A stretch of 64,000 nucleotides of DNA from Octopus sinensis (lineage: Eukaryota). Location of the stretch: assembly GCF_006345805.1 (NCBI RefSeq), contig NW_021833286.1, forward strand, positions 1 to 64,000, in the 5' to 3' direction. Within the stretch, counting starts at the first letter, position 1; each line of letters begins with the position of its first letter. Made by a program: the position numbers and the translations under genes. Positions 38,328 to 55,851 of this stretch are shown piece after piece. The notes under the pieces are model-generated. The model had not been told where the DNA came from. It saw only the letters and a list, made by a program, of their open reading frames with translations, and did no database searches.

Positions 38328-40103
38328 GTGTGTTTGTTTGTGTCTGTGTGTGTGTGTACATATATACACATAATATATATGTACATGTATAATGTACGAC
38401 AGGCTTCTTTCAGTTTCCATCTACCAAATATGTTCACAAGACTTTGGTTTGCCCAAGGTTATAGCAAAGGAATCTTGCTGAAGGTGACACACAGACAGTT
38501 GGATTGAACCCAGAACCATGTTGCTGAGAAGTAAACTTGTTGCTACACGGGCACACCTGCATCTTATGTTTATGCATTCTTTCCTCTGTTATTTTACTTT
38601 CTACAATCATTGAACTATGGCCATGCTGGGGCACCAACTTGGAAAGATCAGTCGATGGAACTTATGCCGGTACGTTTTTCTAACAGATGGCCCTCACTTT
38701 TTATAAGTTGTCGCTTTTTATTAAGTTAGAGCTGCGTAAAGAAAGTAAAGCCGTTTGCCGAGCAGCAACGTACACAGACCTTCACGTGGACACATACATG
38801 CGCGCACAGATTCGCTCATATAAACATTACATACACAACACAAACATACGCACACACGCATTTACACACTCTTACATCTGCTTAATCCAGTACTCCAAAA
38901 TTGTATGTAGATCTTATATTTGTGGGCATAAAAACTGAAAAATACCAGAAAAAATATTTCTGAATATTAACTACATATAAAAACCGAAGATTGAAAAAAG
39001 AATGGATATTGTTTGTTCACTATTACACGTGTTCCATTTACTAATGGGAGTCACAAAACTAAGGTGTCTCCGATCAGAAATTCTATACAGAATCAAATAA
39101 TTTGATTTTACAGCTTCTGAGTTTGAAAAACTGATTGCCACTGATAAGGAAATCTGGACCAAGGGATCATCATGCGAGGAAACGATGGTGACAGGAGGGA
39201 GAAACTGGGTGAGAGAGGAATGGAATGAGGAAAAGAAGCAATCGAATTTGATAGTTAGGGGACGAGAACAGATGAAACTGAGAGGAAATTTGAAGGAGAA
39301 GAAATGATTTATTGAATTAAGTTGTGGTGTAAGAGTAGAAGAAAAAACGTTCATTTAAATCTGTTGTTGGTCATGCTGCCAAATTCGAATAGGAGCCAAT
39401 TCTCTATCCATTTCTTTGAAAATGTCGATCTATGGTTTGGTGAGACGCAGTACAATGATAAGTGAGCGATGGAATGTCCTGCTATGTTAAAATGGATGGC
39501 GATAGCTTGTCTTGGAATAAGGAATAGTAAAATTTGAATGTATTCCCGCCAAACAAATTCACTTATAAGATATTAATCGACTTGGTATCATAATGGAAAA
39601 CACTAGCGCAAAATGCTAGACTGCGGCACTGAAGCCGGAACTATGAGAATGAGAAGCCTAGCCTATCCTTTTGAGAGCATCCTTGTTTCAGGTGAAGTGC
39701 TATACAAGCTCGTCTGACTACAGTATTATCTGAACGGGAAACCATAGTAGCTTACATTTAAATTCTGTGTTTATTAAATAATATTTATAATCTTGCTGGG
39801 ATGGACTGCTTTTTTGGTTGGTTCTACCAATAACACAACACTATCCCCATAGTAATAATAATAATTATGATGATATTAATAATAAGAACAACAACAGGAA
39901 CAACAACAACAGTAATAATAATAATGGTCCCCACTTGCAAGGTTATGCACTGCTTATCTTGATGTGAGATCACTATATCACTCACATGTGCCTAGTGTAC
40001 CCTTCTCAGACGGGTAGTCATGATGGGTATACTGGGTTTCGTATATTTTATCCCAGTGTCACTTTGATGGCATGCATTGCTCTCTCACTCAATGATGATG
40101 ATG

Positions 40104-40211
<108 letters not shown>

Positions 40212-40311
40212 GTAATAATAGTAATAATAATAATAATAATAATGATGATAATAATAATATTAATAAAAATAATGATGATAATAATAATAATAATAATATA
40301 ATAATAATAAT

Positions 40312-41078
40312 GACTCAAAGCAGAAACAGAGGGATTTTTAATTGCAGCACAAGACCAAAGCCTCCCCACCAGAAATTACCAAAAACATGTAATGAAAAGA
40401 AATATTACAAGTAACTGCAGAATATGTGGAGATGGACAAGAAACAATAAATCATATTATCTCTAGCTGCCCAGTCTTGGCTAAGAAGGAATATATTCACA
40501 GACATGACAGAGTTGGAACCTACATACATTGGAAGCTATGCCAACATTATGGAATAACAACAGAAAAAAGATGGTATAGGCACACACCAGAAAAGGTCAC
40601 AGAAAACGAGAAAGCAACCATACTCTGGGATATGCCGATACACACAGATAGAGAAATTAAGGCCAACAGACCAGATATAGTTGTCAGAGATCATGAAAAA
40701 AAAAAAGTTTTCTAATTGATGTATCAATACCGGCAGATGACAACGTGTCTCTAAAAGAAATGGAGAAACTCTCAAAATACAAAGACCTGGAAATAGAGGT
40801 AACTAGAATGTGGAACCTGAAAACAGAAACAATTCCTATCATAGTATGTGCATTAGGCATGATAAAAAAATATTCAGACAAATACATAACAAAAACACCA
40901 GGACTTACAAACACATATAACATACAGAAAATTGCACTACTAGGCACTGCACACATCCTACGCAGAACACTTTCCATACAATAACCACCAGAGCATCACA
41001 ACAAATCACAGCACATACCCAAGGCACACAGAGCTGCGCTCGGTAGTGAAGTGAAAGCACGCTATAAAAATAAAACTA

Positions 41079-41083
<5 letters not shown>
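40312..41083 (+). mobile_element. 5'-truncated R4/Dong-clade LINE (CCHC, restriction-like endonuclease, 3' UTR) in (TAA)n
   Basis: AETEGFLIAAQDQ, CRICGDGQETINHIISSC, RPDIVVRD...IDVSIP...EKLSKYKDL, ALLGTAHILRR. (TAA)n at 40104-40311 and 41084-41180. Confidence 0.92.
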
Positions 41084-41146
<63 letters not shown>

Positions 41147-41268
41147 TAATAAAAATAATAATAATAATAATAATAATCACCAACTAAAGTAATATTATGG
41201 AAACAATAACAGCAATAATATATATGTATATATCATATATTATATCTATCTATCTGTCTGTCTGTCTC

Positions 41269-43761
<2,493 letters not shown>

Positions 43762-43770
43762 ATATATATA

Positions 43771-43850
<80 letters not shown>

Positions 43851-44754
43851 GGATAGATAGATAATTGTTCGATGTGCGAACAATTACCATCGATTTTCAT
43901 GTTAAACGTAAAATCCTTGGTTTTCGCCATTTCCTCTCCGATTACCGACATCGAGAAACTAGAGCACACATCTATACATTAGTAACACGATACACTCTAA
44001 CAATAGGGCAACAGCTAATTAACGCTCGTTTCTAAGTGTTCACATGCGTTGTACTTGTATTGAATTTTGACAACAACGACTTTTCTGTATCTGTGTATGC
44101 TTTGTAGCAGATAGGAGCCTTTGCTAAGATGATACCATACAAGTGATGCGATCACTTTTCTTAGGTGATGAATAAAATAGCTTCCTTTATGTCAGGTTTC
44201 CGGAAACGTCAGCGTCAGATTTTCTTCTGCAGAAATGCTTTACGATACATGCAAAGAAATATGCCTTTCTGATCTTGTATTTATTTCTTTATTCATTTAT
44301 TCATTTTACATTATTCTATTCTGTAGTTTCTTGTTTATCAGGTGTTGCCATAGCAACAGTCACTTAAGTTCTTCAATGTCATTCCAATCCGTAGAAGCGG
44401 AATTCCTCAAACGATGTTACCAAAGAAAATATAACTGTGATAAGATTTTTCTAAAAATTCATATTACACAAGTGAACGCCTTCTTCATGAAGAATAATAT
44501 ACAGGCAAGTCAACAAGTATAGGTTAACGTACTTAACGTGGTGTATCTTGAAGTACATTTAATCAGTTGAAATAACATCCATAATGAAGAGAAATACCAT
44601 TTTAGCGTTAATGACAAATGATGTTTAGAACCGGCACAAGGGAGGCAACACTGAAAACTGTAATGAAAAACAAAGAAAACGTGCACTATTCTATAACAAC
44701 CACAGGTAAAATGTATTTTGCAGTATGCATGTGCCCAAGCATATATACATACAT

Positions 44755-44884
<130 letters not shown>

Positions 44885-45212
44885 CACGTAATCACGTGAC
44901 CGACCAGGCTATCAGATGTTGCTACACATCGCTGGTCACAATGCGCTTCGCATTGTTTTAGCCTTGAAATGACGCCACCCCGCTGGCTAATCGAACAGGC
45001 CAACAGAAGAAAGAGCGAGAGAAAGTTGCGGCGAAAGATTACAGCAGGGGTCGCCACAACCCCCTGCCGGAGCCTCGTAGAACTTTAGGTGTTTTCGCTC
45101 AATAAACACACACAACGCCCGGTCTGAGAATCGAAACCGCGATCCTCTGACCCTGAGTCCGCTGCCCTAACCACCGGCCATTGCGCCTCCACACACATAT
45201 ATATACATATAC

Positions 45213-45247
<35 letters not shown>

Positions 45248-45252
45248 CATGC

Positions 45253-45289
<37 letters not shown>

Positions 45290-45301
<12 letters not shown>

Positions 45302-46690
45302 CCCACACACTCGCATGCATCCCTACCCACATACATACACGCACACCTACTCACACACACACATACACACACATACCTGCACACACACACACACAGACAT
45401 ACACCCATACACTCACACTCACACGCATACACACACACACTTACATTCATACACACACACACCTACACAGCCATACCCTCACTCAGACACACACATCTAC
45501 CTACACACACACACAAACACACACGGACACACACCCATACATACATACATCTACACACACACGCCTACACACAAACATACACACATACATAAACACACAC
45601 ACATACACATATACACACATATGCACACACACATATACTTATACACATGCACACACACACATACATACATACACCCATATACATACCACACACATACCCA
45701 CATACTCCTATACGCACATACTACACACAGACATACACACATACACACTCACACAAACATACACACACAATACACACACACACTCACCTGCACGCGCACA
45801 CACATGCATGACAAACACCCATACACTCACACTCACATACGCACACACCAACATAAACACGCACACGCACACGCACACACACACCTACACTCCCACACAC
45901 ATACACACGCACCTACATACACACACGCACGCATACACACGCATACACACATACATTACACACGTACACACACCTACATACACATGCATACACACACACA
46001 CACAAACATGCACGGACACACCCAGACATACACACATACACCTATATACACACGCCCACACACCTACATACACACACATATACACACGCCCACACACCTA
46101 CATACACACACATACATACACACACATACACGGAAACACCCATACATACTTACATACATACACCTATACACACACGCCTACACACCTACATACACACACA
46201 TGCATACACACACACACATGTACGCACACACACACATATACGCACATACATATATACCCACACACATGCACACACACACACACATACGCACATGCATGCA
46301 TGCATGCACACGCGCACACCTACACGCATACACACACACACACGCACGTACACATACATACATACACACACGCATACATACACCCATACACATACATGCA
46401 TCCTACACACACATACATACACACTCACACATACATACACACACACACACTCACTCACACACCTGTATGTACGCGCACACACATGCACATACACACACTT
46501 CCCCACACCCACACGTACATACATACACACTCACACACATACACACACATACACACACACACGGACATACATCTATGCACACACATACATACACACATAC
46601 TCACATACATTCATCGGACACACTGCCACCCGGACATACACACAGACACACTCACACATCCACACACATACATACTTACGCACATACTCG
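45290..46690 (+). repeat. 1.4-kb degenerate (CA)/(CAY)-type low-complexity tract
   Basis: Direct reading; source of the spurious 643-aa and 559-aa His/Thr ORFs. Confidence 0.95.
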
Positions 46691-47428
46691 CAGGCTCGCG
46701 CACGCACGCGCTTGCGCCGGTTCGCGTACGCATACGCTCCGCAGGCACCTCGCTCTTGGAACCGACAAGACCTCCCGCCCGTTCCTGGGACCGTCGCGTG
46801 TCGTTGGGTTTTCCCACGCCTGCCTCCGCGGGACCACTCTTCCATCTTCCCCTCAGCTGGAGTCCTTTTTCCTTAACACCCCCCCTTTTTCGTTACACAC
46901 ACGCGCACCATATACACACATTGCTTAAATATATACATTACTCTTACACACATTCAATCTACTCGCCATTATTTATACCACCACGACACTGGACACACAC
47001 ACACACTACTACTCAACACACGCTGGCACGCTACATACGCCCCCACCCCTTCCCCTCCCTCCCTTCCTCCTTCTTTCTTTTTCTTACTACTGACCTTTGT
47101 CTGCTAAGCTGACCACTGTCTCGCCCTACCTCCACACACGCCTACACACAGACGCACACACTAACACACACATATATATTTTTTTTTGTTTTTTCATCTC
47201 GCCTCACACACACACATACACACACGCACACGCACACACTCACACATACACACACATCTGTTGCGTTACCAACCTGTCTCCACTCTTTGTGCCTTTAAAC
47301 CCACTTTGCTCTGTTTTCGTAAACATCCGCCTTTCACCATGTGCACTCGAAACACTCGAGTCTATTCTTTTTCTCTTTCCCTGTTGCCCGCTCTGGGATC
47401 TTTCTTTCTCTCTTTCTCTTCTCTTTCC

Positions 47429-47462
47429 TTTCCGACGAAGAGCTCCGCTCGAAACGTCATAC
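47429..47462 (+). ncRNA. Minimal hammerhead-like motif, U4 mutated to C
   Basis: CCGACGA-A-GAGC-TCC-GCTC-GAAAC-GTC. Perfect 4-bp helix II; helix III is reduced to the palindrome ACGT and could form only in a dimer; GUC triplet; helix I poor. Confidence 0.5.
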
Positions 47463-47670
47463 CTCCCTGCTTCCTTTTCCTGAGCACCTATTAATAATAA
47501 TACTGTAATTGTTCCATTGTTGTTGTTTTTTTGTTTCCCGTTTGGATTAAAATTATATATATATATATATGTATATATGCATGTATATATGTATGTATGT
47601 ATTTTGCAGTATCTGTATGCCCATACATACATACATGCATGCATACATACATACATACATATATACATGC

Positions 47671-47730
<60 letters not shown>

Positions 47731-47754
47731 GTATATATGCATATATACAGGTCG

Positions 47755-48560
47755 TCCCTCAGGACGCCCCAAGACTGTTTCTACGCGTTTTCCCCACTCA
47801 TCTCGATCTTCCATAATGGTCCTCAGCTCCTGAACCCCTTCCATATCATTATCCTCTAGCAAGTTGTCGAGAGAGGTCGTCTTCCTCTTTCATCTCTTGG
47901 TTCTTCCTTTCGTTCTAAGTATCCTCATATAACAACCGTCCAACTACTTCTATGCTTTAGTAAGCGTCAATGTTTCAGCCTCACATAGAAGAACAGTCTC
48001 CACTGTTGCCAGAAATAACCTCACTTTCAATTTCCTGGCTAACTTTGAACTCCAGACCTTTCTCAATTTATGGCATTCACTCCAGACAAGAGCTTTTCTT
48101 GCTACGATGTCTTCTTCAGTACTTTGTGTCCACGCACGAAGGTATTTGAAATTTTCAACTACCTCGAGCGACTTACCGTTTCTCACTTACATTTTCTCAC
48201 AGGCATTTCGTGATTGAATACTTGCAACTCTGCTTTCTTTGCGTTACAGTGCAATCCTACCTTCCCGATTCCTGCTCTAATCTGCTCAGCACCTCCTGTG
48301 TCTGATCTATCCTCTCTGTTAATAATGCCAGGTCATCAACATAGCCTGGGTCAGTTACTGTTACTACTTGATGCCGGCTACTTCTTTGCTTGTGCTGTTT
48401 GAATCCCAGTTCTTTGTTCCTTGCCCTCGTACGTTCTACACATTACATAGTCCAGAACGAAGGCGAAGAGATAAGGTGCTATCATGTCGCCTTATAATAC
48501 TCCGGTTTTGACTTCAAAGTATTCGTCCCTCCATCAGGAGTGATTCTTTTCGCTTAGGTG
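47755..48560 (-). mobile_element. RTE-clade LINE remnant, internally deleted
   Basis: GVL*GDMIAPYLF, GYVDDLALL, VENFKYL, ARKALVWSECHKLRKVW, TVETVLLCEAETLTL, MEDRDEW. Confidence 0.8.
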
Positions 48561-48672
48561 TTCCCATACAGCTTACTTATTTCTCTCAGAATTCTTGGTG
48601 GAATAACAGATTCTTTTAAGCATCTTCACCATCATTCCCCTATTTATTTTCAGCAAGCAGGTCATGGCTACT

Positions 48673-48713
48673 CCAGACAGATGACGAGCAAAGACTCGGA
48701 AACATGTCTCTGG
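48673..48713 (+). ncRNA. Hammerhead relic with an indel-damaged core
   Basis: CCAGA-C[AGA]TGACGA-G-CAAAGA-CTCG-GAAAC-AT-GTC/TCTGG. Perfect 5-bp helix I, palindromic helix III ACATGT, GUC triplet. Confidence 0.5.
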
Positions 48714-48933
48714 TTGCAGGATTAGTGGGATGGGAGTGCTTGTCTCCCCTTCATAAATATAAGGACACAGGGAATGTGTCAAGGCCGACAGGAAGCATTG
48801 ATGCTTCCTAGGGCTAAATAGCGGTGGTCTGATTGCCTTTATGGGACTGTCACGTTAAGTTGACAATATACAACTGCTCTATCGTTCCACCACTGCTTAT
48901 ATCTCTCTGGGATATTTATAAATTTAACATATA

Positions 48934-49135
<202 letters not shown>

Positions 49136-49456
49136 GGAGGCGCAATGGACCAGTGGCTAGGGCAGCGGACTCGCGGTCGTAGGATCGCGGTTTCGATTCC
49201 CAGACCAGGCGTTGTGAGTGTTTATTGAGCGAAAACGTCTAATGCTCCACGATGCTCCGGCAGGGGGTGGTGGCGATCCCTGCTGTACTCTTTCACCACT
49301 CTTTCTCCCACTCTTTCTTCTGTTGGCCTGCTCGCTAAGCCAGCGGGGTGGCGTCATTCGAAGGCTAAAACAATGTAAACGCATTGTGACCAGCGATGTG
49401 TAACTACATCTGATGGACTGGTCGGTCACGTGATCACGTGATATATATACATATCT

Positions 49457-50445
49457 AGGGCTTGGACAAAATGAAATATCTATAAAACTGTCAAAAGCTT
49501 GGTATAATTTTATGTTTTTTTGCTTTATTATTAGTGTTTCGTACTATGTTTTGCTAAAATTGCTGTTTCTTTTCAGATATCATCAGAAAAAGGTAATTAA
49601 AATGACAGATCTATCTGACTTTCAAAGAGGTCAAATTGTTGGTGCTAGGATGGTAGGCGTTAGCGTAACGAAAACAGCCGAAATGTTTGGTGTATCAAGA
49701 AGTACTGTCTCGAAAGTAATGACAGCCTTTGAGAAAGAAAGAAAAACCTCCTCGTCGAAACAAAACTCCGGAAGAAAACCAAAACTTTCAGATAGGGACC
49801 GTCGGACGCTTACGCGAATTGTGAGAAAGGATCACAAAACTACAGCTCCAAATATTACCGCAGAGCTTAATGACCACCACGAGAACACAGTTTCCACAAA
49901 TAACCGTTAGCCAGGAGCTGCACAAAGCCGGATTTTACGGAAGGGCTGCAATCAGAAAACCAGTACTTTCAAAAACAAACCGTTGCAAACCGTTTAGAGC
50001 GGAGTAAAGTCCTACAGAATTGGTCCCTATAGCAGCGGAAGAATGTCATTTTCTCGGATGAGTCATCCTTTACCTTATTTCCGACCACCGGCCGAGTATA
50101 CGTGTGGAGACAGCCAAAAGAAGCATTTGATCCAGACTGCCTTCTTCCAACTGTTAAACGTGGAGGAGGATCTGTGATGATCTGGGTGGGTGGGCTATAT
50201 CTTGGAAAACCGCCGACCTAATGGTTTCACTTCATTTCAGAATTAAGAGTTAATATGCATTTTATCTGATCAAATTCATCCTGTGGTTGCGGAACTGTTT
50301 CCGGAGGGAAACGCAATCTTTCGGGATGATAATGCACCAATTCACACAGCTAAAGTTGTTACTGAATGGTACAAAAAAACCCCCATTCTAGTGAAGTTGA
50401 ACATTTTATTTGGCCAACTCAGTCCCCAGATATTATTGAACATTT
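49457..50445 (+). pseudogene. Tc1-like (DD34E-type) transposase pseudogene
   Basis: MTDLSDFQRGQIVG...GRKPKLSDRDRR, IFSDESSF, TVKRGGGSVMIW, IFRDDNAPIH, WPTQSPD; several frameshifts and a deletion. Confidence 0.9.
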
Positions 50446-50480
50446 ATATATATATGTATGTATGTATATATAGCAAATAT

Positions 50481-50563
<83 letters not shown>

Positions 50564-50578
50564 ATATATATGTATATA

Positions 50579-51546
50579 CAGGATCATGCAGATAAATTGA
50601 CACAATTTTTACGATGCATAAAACTGGTTATAGATACTAAAGGAGTGTTAGTAGACATAATTTTAATGTAACATTCATTACAACAGAAACATTTAACAAT
50701 TGATATGGCAGCTCTTTTGGGCAATTAGTGTCTCCACAGGAGAACGAAGGCTTTTTGAAGCTGTAACAACCTATCTACCTTTGATTTTGAGTCTCGCATG
50801 CACGATACCGGTCTTCAAAATGCTGTCAAGTCCAAACTTCTGCTACATCCAAGATAAGAGAGAGTTGTTAAGGATGTCAAGATACTCCACTCACCACGAC
50901 TCCAAATACCATCATAGAGGCAGGATTCTTAATCTCAAACACAGGGGAGACGTCAGAAGGGTTGTATGCAATCACTGGAAATTTCTGCGATTCACCAGCG
51001 TCCACAGTGAACTTATCATCTACAGACACGAGAAATTTTCTTACATCTTGATTCCTGATGACTCGCAGAATCTTTGGGCATCTCTCGGCTCTGCTTGCCT
51101 TGACCTTGGCTGTTAGGAGGTGACTGCGTCGTGGAACATAGCTGGTCAAGTCAAGGTTCCTGTTCTCAGATCTGGACACCGTGGAAGGGGACACATTGTG
51201 TTTCTTTGCGAAAACTGGATTTCGACGAGTTGGCTTCTATCAAACATTTGAGGCCAGCGAGAAACTTTGGATTGGGCTTGGAATCATTTAGAGTCCTCTG
51301 TTCATCAATCTCGCCTCCTTCTTTAAATTATTTATACACACAATAAACTGTTGCTTTTGGAAGTTTCGTCAACTTAACCAATTTGTTGGCAGTGTGCCCG
51401 GCGTGCACCAAAACAAGAGTGGCGGAACGATTCTGTTGTTCCCTGACTCTCTGTTGGCGAATCAGTTCGCTAATTTACCCGAGGAGAATTAGATTTTCAA
51501 GCAAGCAAGTTATTAAAATTGGTCTCAATTTATCTGCAAGACCCTG
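50579..51546 (-). mobile_element. Tc1/mariner-superfamily deletion derivative (maT/DD37D-like) with both TIRs and TA flanks
   Basis: TIRs CAGGATCATGCAGATAAATTGACACAATTTT and CAGGGTCTTGCAGATAAATTGAGACCAATTTT; peptide VSVDDKFTVD...KNPASMMVFGVV. The subfamily call is tentative. Confidence 0.75.
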
Positions 51547-52499
51547 TATACTCTTTACTCTTTTACTTGTTTCAATCATTTGAATGCGGCCATGCTGGAG
51601 CACCGCCTTTAGTCGAGCAACTCGATCCCGGGACTTATTCTTTGTAAGCCCAGTACTTATTCTATCGGTCTTTTTTGCCGAACCGCTAAGTGACGGGGAC
51701 ATAAACACACCAGCATCGGTTGTCAAGCAATGCTAGGGGGACAAACACACACACACAAACACACATGCACACAAACATACATATATATATACATATATGC
51801 AACGGGCTTCTTTCAGTTTCCGTATACCAAATCCACTCACAAGGCTTTTGTCGGCCCGAGGCTATAGTAGAAGACACTTGCCCAAGGTGCCACGCAGTGG
51901 GACTGAATCTGGAACCATGAGGTTGGTAAGCAAGCTACTTTATTTCATAAATTTGTCATATAGACAGTACAAAGAGCTTTGCGGGCTGGACAAATACATT
52001 AATGAATGAAAATGAATTATAATGAATAGATGAGAGACGAAACCCAACACCCGCCGATTGGATTTTTCTCGAAAACATATTTTCTGTTTTTTTTAAAAAT
52101 CAATATAAGGTTTCAAACCTTTTACAAGGAGGAGGCACTAAAACCTCTTACTTAACATATTTTCTTTTTTCTTTCTTAAAACACAAACATACAACAGGTC
52201 CCCACTAGACCCCCAAAATTCTTACCTTACGGCTGAGTATTCAAAAGTCTTCAATTTAAGACGGCTTTCAAAAACATGTCTTACAACTTCGGTGTCAAGC
52301 ACAACACTAACTTGCACATGCGCAGAAGCAACCTGTAAGCAAGCTACTTACCACAGCCACGCCTGCATAGTTATGTGTGTGCGTCTTTGTGTCTCTGTAT
52401 ATCCCCAACCCACCGCTCGGTAACCGCTGTTGGTTTGCTTATTTTTCCGTTAGAAGAATTAATTTACACACATACACCCTACACACACACAAAGTTTCG

Positions 52500-52800
52500 C
52501 AGCGAATCTATCAGAAGTTTATTAAGCGCATAGTTCTTTCCGGTTTGGCGCACCAGTATGAAGACATTTGGATGAAGAGTTTTGATACATAATTAGTAGA
52601 ACTTTATGCATGTTCTCCGTCGTGGGGACGTTTTGTACTTGGTTCCGTTGATTGTCTGTCCCGGAACGACTTCACTGAACAGCTACTAATTGATCACGTT
52701 TAGTGATCGTTGATAGCAAAATCTTAGAGTATGGCGTTAATTGCTCTATTTCGTCTCCCTTTCATTTGTCTTGCCCGCATACATTCTGGTGTTTGCTAAA
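52500..52800 (-). mobile_element. Short mariner-like remnant
   Basis: Degenerate FSEVVPGQTINGTKYK, resembling mariner EF.P.GQTIN. Confidence 0.4.
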
Positions 52801-53149
52801 ACATTTGAGAACATACTCTTCGTGGTAAGGCGATTTGACGTCTTCTAACATATTAAGAATCCACCTTGGTTAGGGCAGCGGACTCGCGGTCGTAGGATCG
52901 CGGTTTCGATTCCCAGGCCGGGCGTTGTCAGTGTTTATTGAGCGAAAACACCTAAAAGGCTCCACGATGCTCCGGCAAGGGGGGGTGGTGATCTCTGCTG
53001 TACTCTTTCACCACTCTTTTTCCCACTCTTTCTTCTGTTGGCCTGCTCGCTTAGCCAGCGGGGTGGCGTCATTCGAAGGCTAAAACAATGCGAACGCATT
53101 GTGACCAGCGATGTGAAACTACATCTGATGGACTGGTCGGTCACGTGAT

Positions 53150-53222
<73 letters not shown>

Positions 53223-55609
53223 CATGTATGTATGTGTGATTGTTTGTGTTAGTGTATATGTGTAAATGAGAATAAACCTGACTATTGATATTCCTGATTA
53301 TATCAACTTTCTCTTTCGACCAAATCATAATTAACTCAGAATTTTTAACAGAAATTTGATTAAGATTTACTGTAATGCACGTAAGCCCTTTGCGAAATTA
53401 CACCGTTAAACGGCTTTCCAATGCAATTAATCTACCCGTAAACCTATCTGCAAATGTAACAATCGTAATAATCGCTGATTATATACATCCTCTTTGTAGA
53501 TATTAAGATTGTACTTTGCCTAATTTTACCCGGAGAGAAACTCTTATTGAAAGCCACGTTTGCCTTTAAAACAAACTAATATGCATTTAAACCACGTCTT
53601 CGCTAAACTGCTTATGCTATTAACTCACCTTGTGAATCGAACTCAAATATCCATTTTGTTAAGATTGCTTCTTTGATATGTGCTGTCTTTAATATAATCG
53701 ATTGTGAAGGCGCATAACTTATCGGTTAGGATATCCGGCTCATGATTGTATGGACTATGAGTTCAATAATCGGCGGCAGATTGTGTCCTCTCATTCCGCT
53801 CACCTCCCAAAAATGAGTAGTACCTGTATTTCAAAGGGCCAGCCTTGTCACATTGTCACATTCTGTGTATCACTCTGAATCTCTGAGAACCACATGGGTG
53901 GGGCACATGGTGGCGACACGTGGTAGGGACACGTGCTTGTGGAGTGCACAGCAACTTGCATGTCAATGTCACGAGCGGGCTGTTCCGTTGATTGAATGAA
54001 CTCGAACCTTCGTCACCGTAACCGAGACAGTGCTAGTTTTCTTAATATAATCCATTAGTCATTCTGACGGGACTTAATTTTAAGCCCTCTCTTTTCAAGA
54101 ACTGATATCCTGAATCGATTTTGCGAAAGTACCAACAAAGTGCGTTTGTTTCTTGAGGGGATTAAGCTGTCACACTTTCATAATGAGTTGCTTTAAATAT
54201 TTCCAGGTTTGGAAGATTTTCTTAGAAACTGATTTCTCACTTGAAAAAATTACTCAATTTCTCTTGGATTTCTCGGTTTTAAAAGTAAAATCCAAAGTTT
54301 TTCATTCTCTAAACACGCCCCATGCCCCATCCCAGAAAACCGATTATTCGTTCAAAAGTTTCTTCTATGTAAATAGTACGATGAATGTTTAGAAGTAGAC
54401 GGAAATTGTTGTATCTCGGTTACATTTCTTACATCCACTTTCTAGAAGTTCTTCTTCAAATTATTTTAAATGTGTAAGCTGTTTGCTCCAGTTCATACGC
54501 TTTTAATAATAACCATACATTTTGCTCAAATATACCTCAAAAATATACATGTATTCATAGATAAATTCCTTTTTCCATAAGTTTTTTTTTATGATCTCTT
54601 TCTTTCTCCCTATCACACTATATATGAATGTGCGCGTCTGCGTGAATGTATGTGTGAGTGTGTGTGTGTGTGTGTATGCGAGCGAGCGTGCTTGTGTGCA
54701 TGTGTATGTATATGCAAGCGTGCGCGTATGCACGTTTGTGTGTGTGTGTGTGTGTGCGCGCATGTGTAAGCTCTTCTGTTGTTGATGACACATAAGAGTT
54801 CCGCCAAGTTGTGTTTATTTTGATCTTGGGCTGAGGACTGTATATGAGAGATATTTTATGGCACTGACTGGCGATCTTGAGCAGGTTTCTACATTCTGCT
54901 ATGAGTAAGAATCCATCCCGACCTTGATGGATGCAACAAATCGACAACCTCCACAATCGCAAACATTTGAAGTAGGTTCATTTTGCTGCTTCTGCTTAAG
55001 ATTCACTCGAAATTGATCCCGGTGTTTCTGTTTGCTTGTTTGACACCATTTGAAACTAATGAGACACATTGTCATATAGATATATATGACACAACTACAT
55101 TCAACACAACTAGACTCAACACTACCTAAGCATGCTATTATATTCCATCTTTCATAAACATTTTATGAATATCCGAATGGGTTATGTGACATGGACTCCA
55201 TATAGTCTCCTGTAACAGCATAATATTCTTCTCATACTACCTTTCTGATGTATTCTTCTTTTTGCCCTTAGGAGAATAGTAATATGAAATTAAATAAATT
55301 AAATTATAATTATAATTAATTTTTCCATGTTTCTTACATGTTGGTGTCACCATTTGAAACGATCGTATGCATGGATTAAAAGTTTTATAAATCTTTTAAC
55401 ATATTCTCTTCTCTATCTTTAATTGTTTGTTGAGTTTATATAGGATACGTGTTCTATAAATGCTCATAATACACCTTATTCTTGTAAATTTTCATATCTT
55501 AAATAAATACTTGCTATAGTAAGCTACAAATTTAATATGAAGAATCTTTATTAGAAATCTAACTTTGGACCCCCACAAAGTAAAAATGAGGAAATTGAAC
55601 ACAACCTTT

Positions 55610-55669
<60 letters not shown>

Positions 55670-55806
55670 ATAAATAAAAATACATATTTCAACGCCACGC
55701 AGCCTTGTCCACAGTAAGTTCTTACATACATACATACGCACTCGCACATGCACACATAAACACATATATATACATAAATATATATGTATATATATATGTA
55801 TATATA

Positions 55807-55851
<45 letters not shown>

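Noticed and set aside
39114-39208. Plus-strand exon candidate (SEFEKLIATDKEIWTKGSSCEETMVTGGRNW)
   Set aside because: Plausible splice sites, but no recognisable domain or partner exons.
44160-44215. GTGATGA...GGAAACGTC hammerhead-like string
   Set aside because: No convincing helix I or II; GTTTCCGGAAAC is just a short palindrome.
45181-47112. 643-aa and 559-aa His/Thr-rich ORFs
   Set aside because: (CA)-type low-complexity DNA lacks stop codons on this strand; there is no domain signal.
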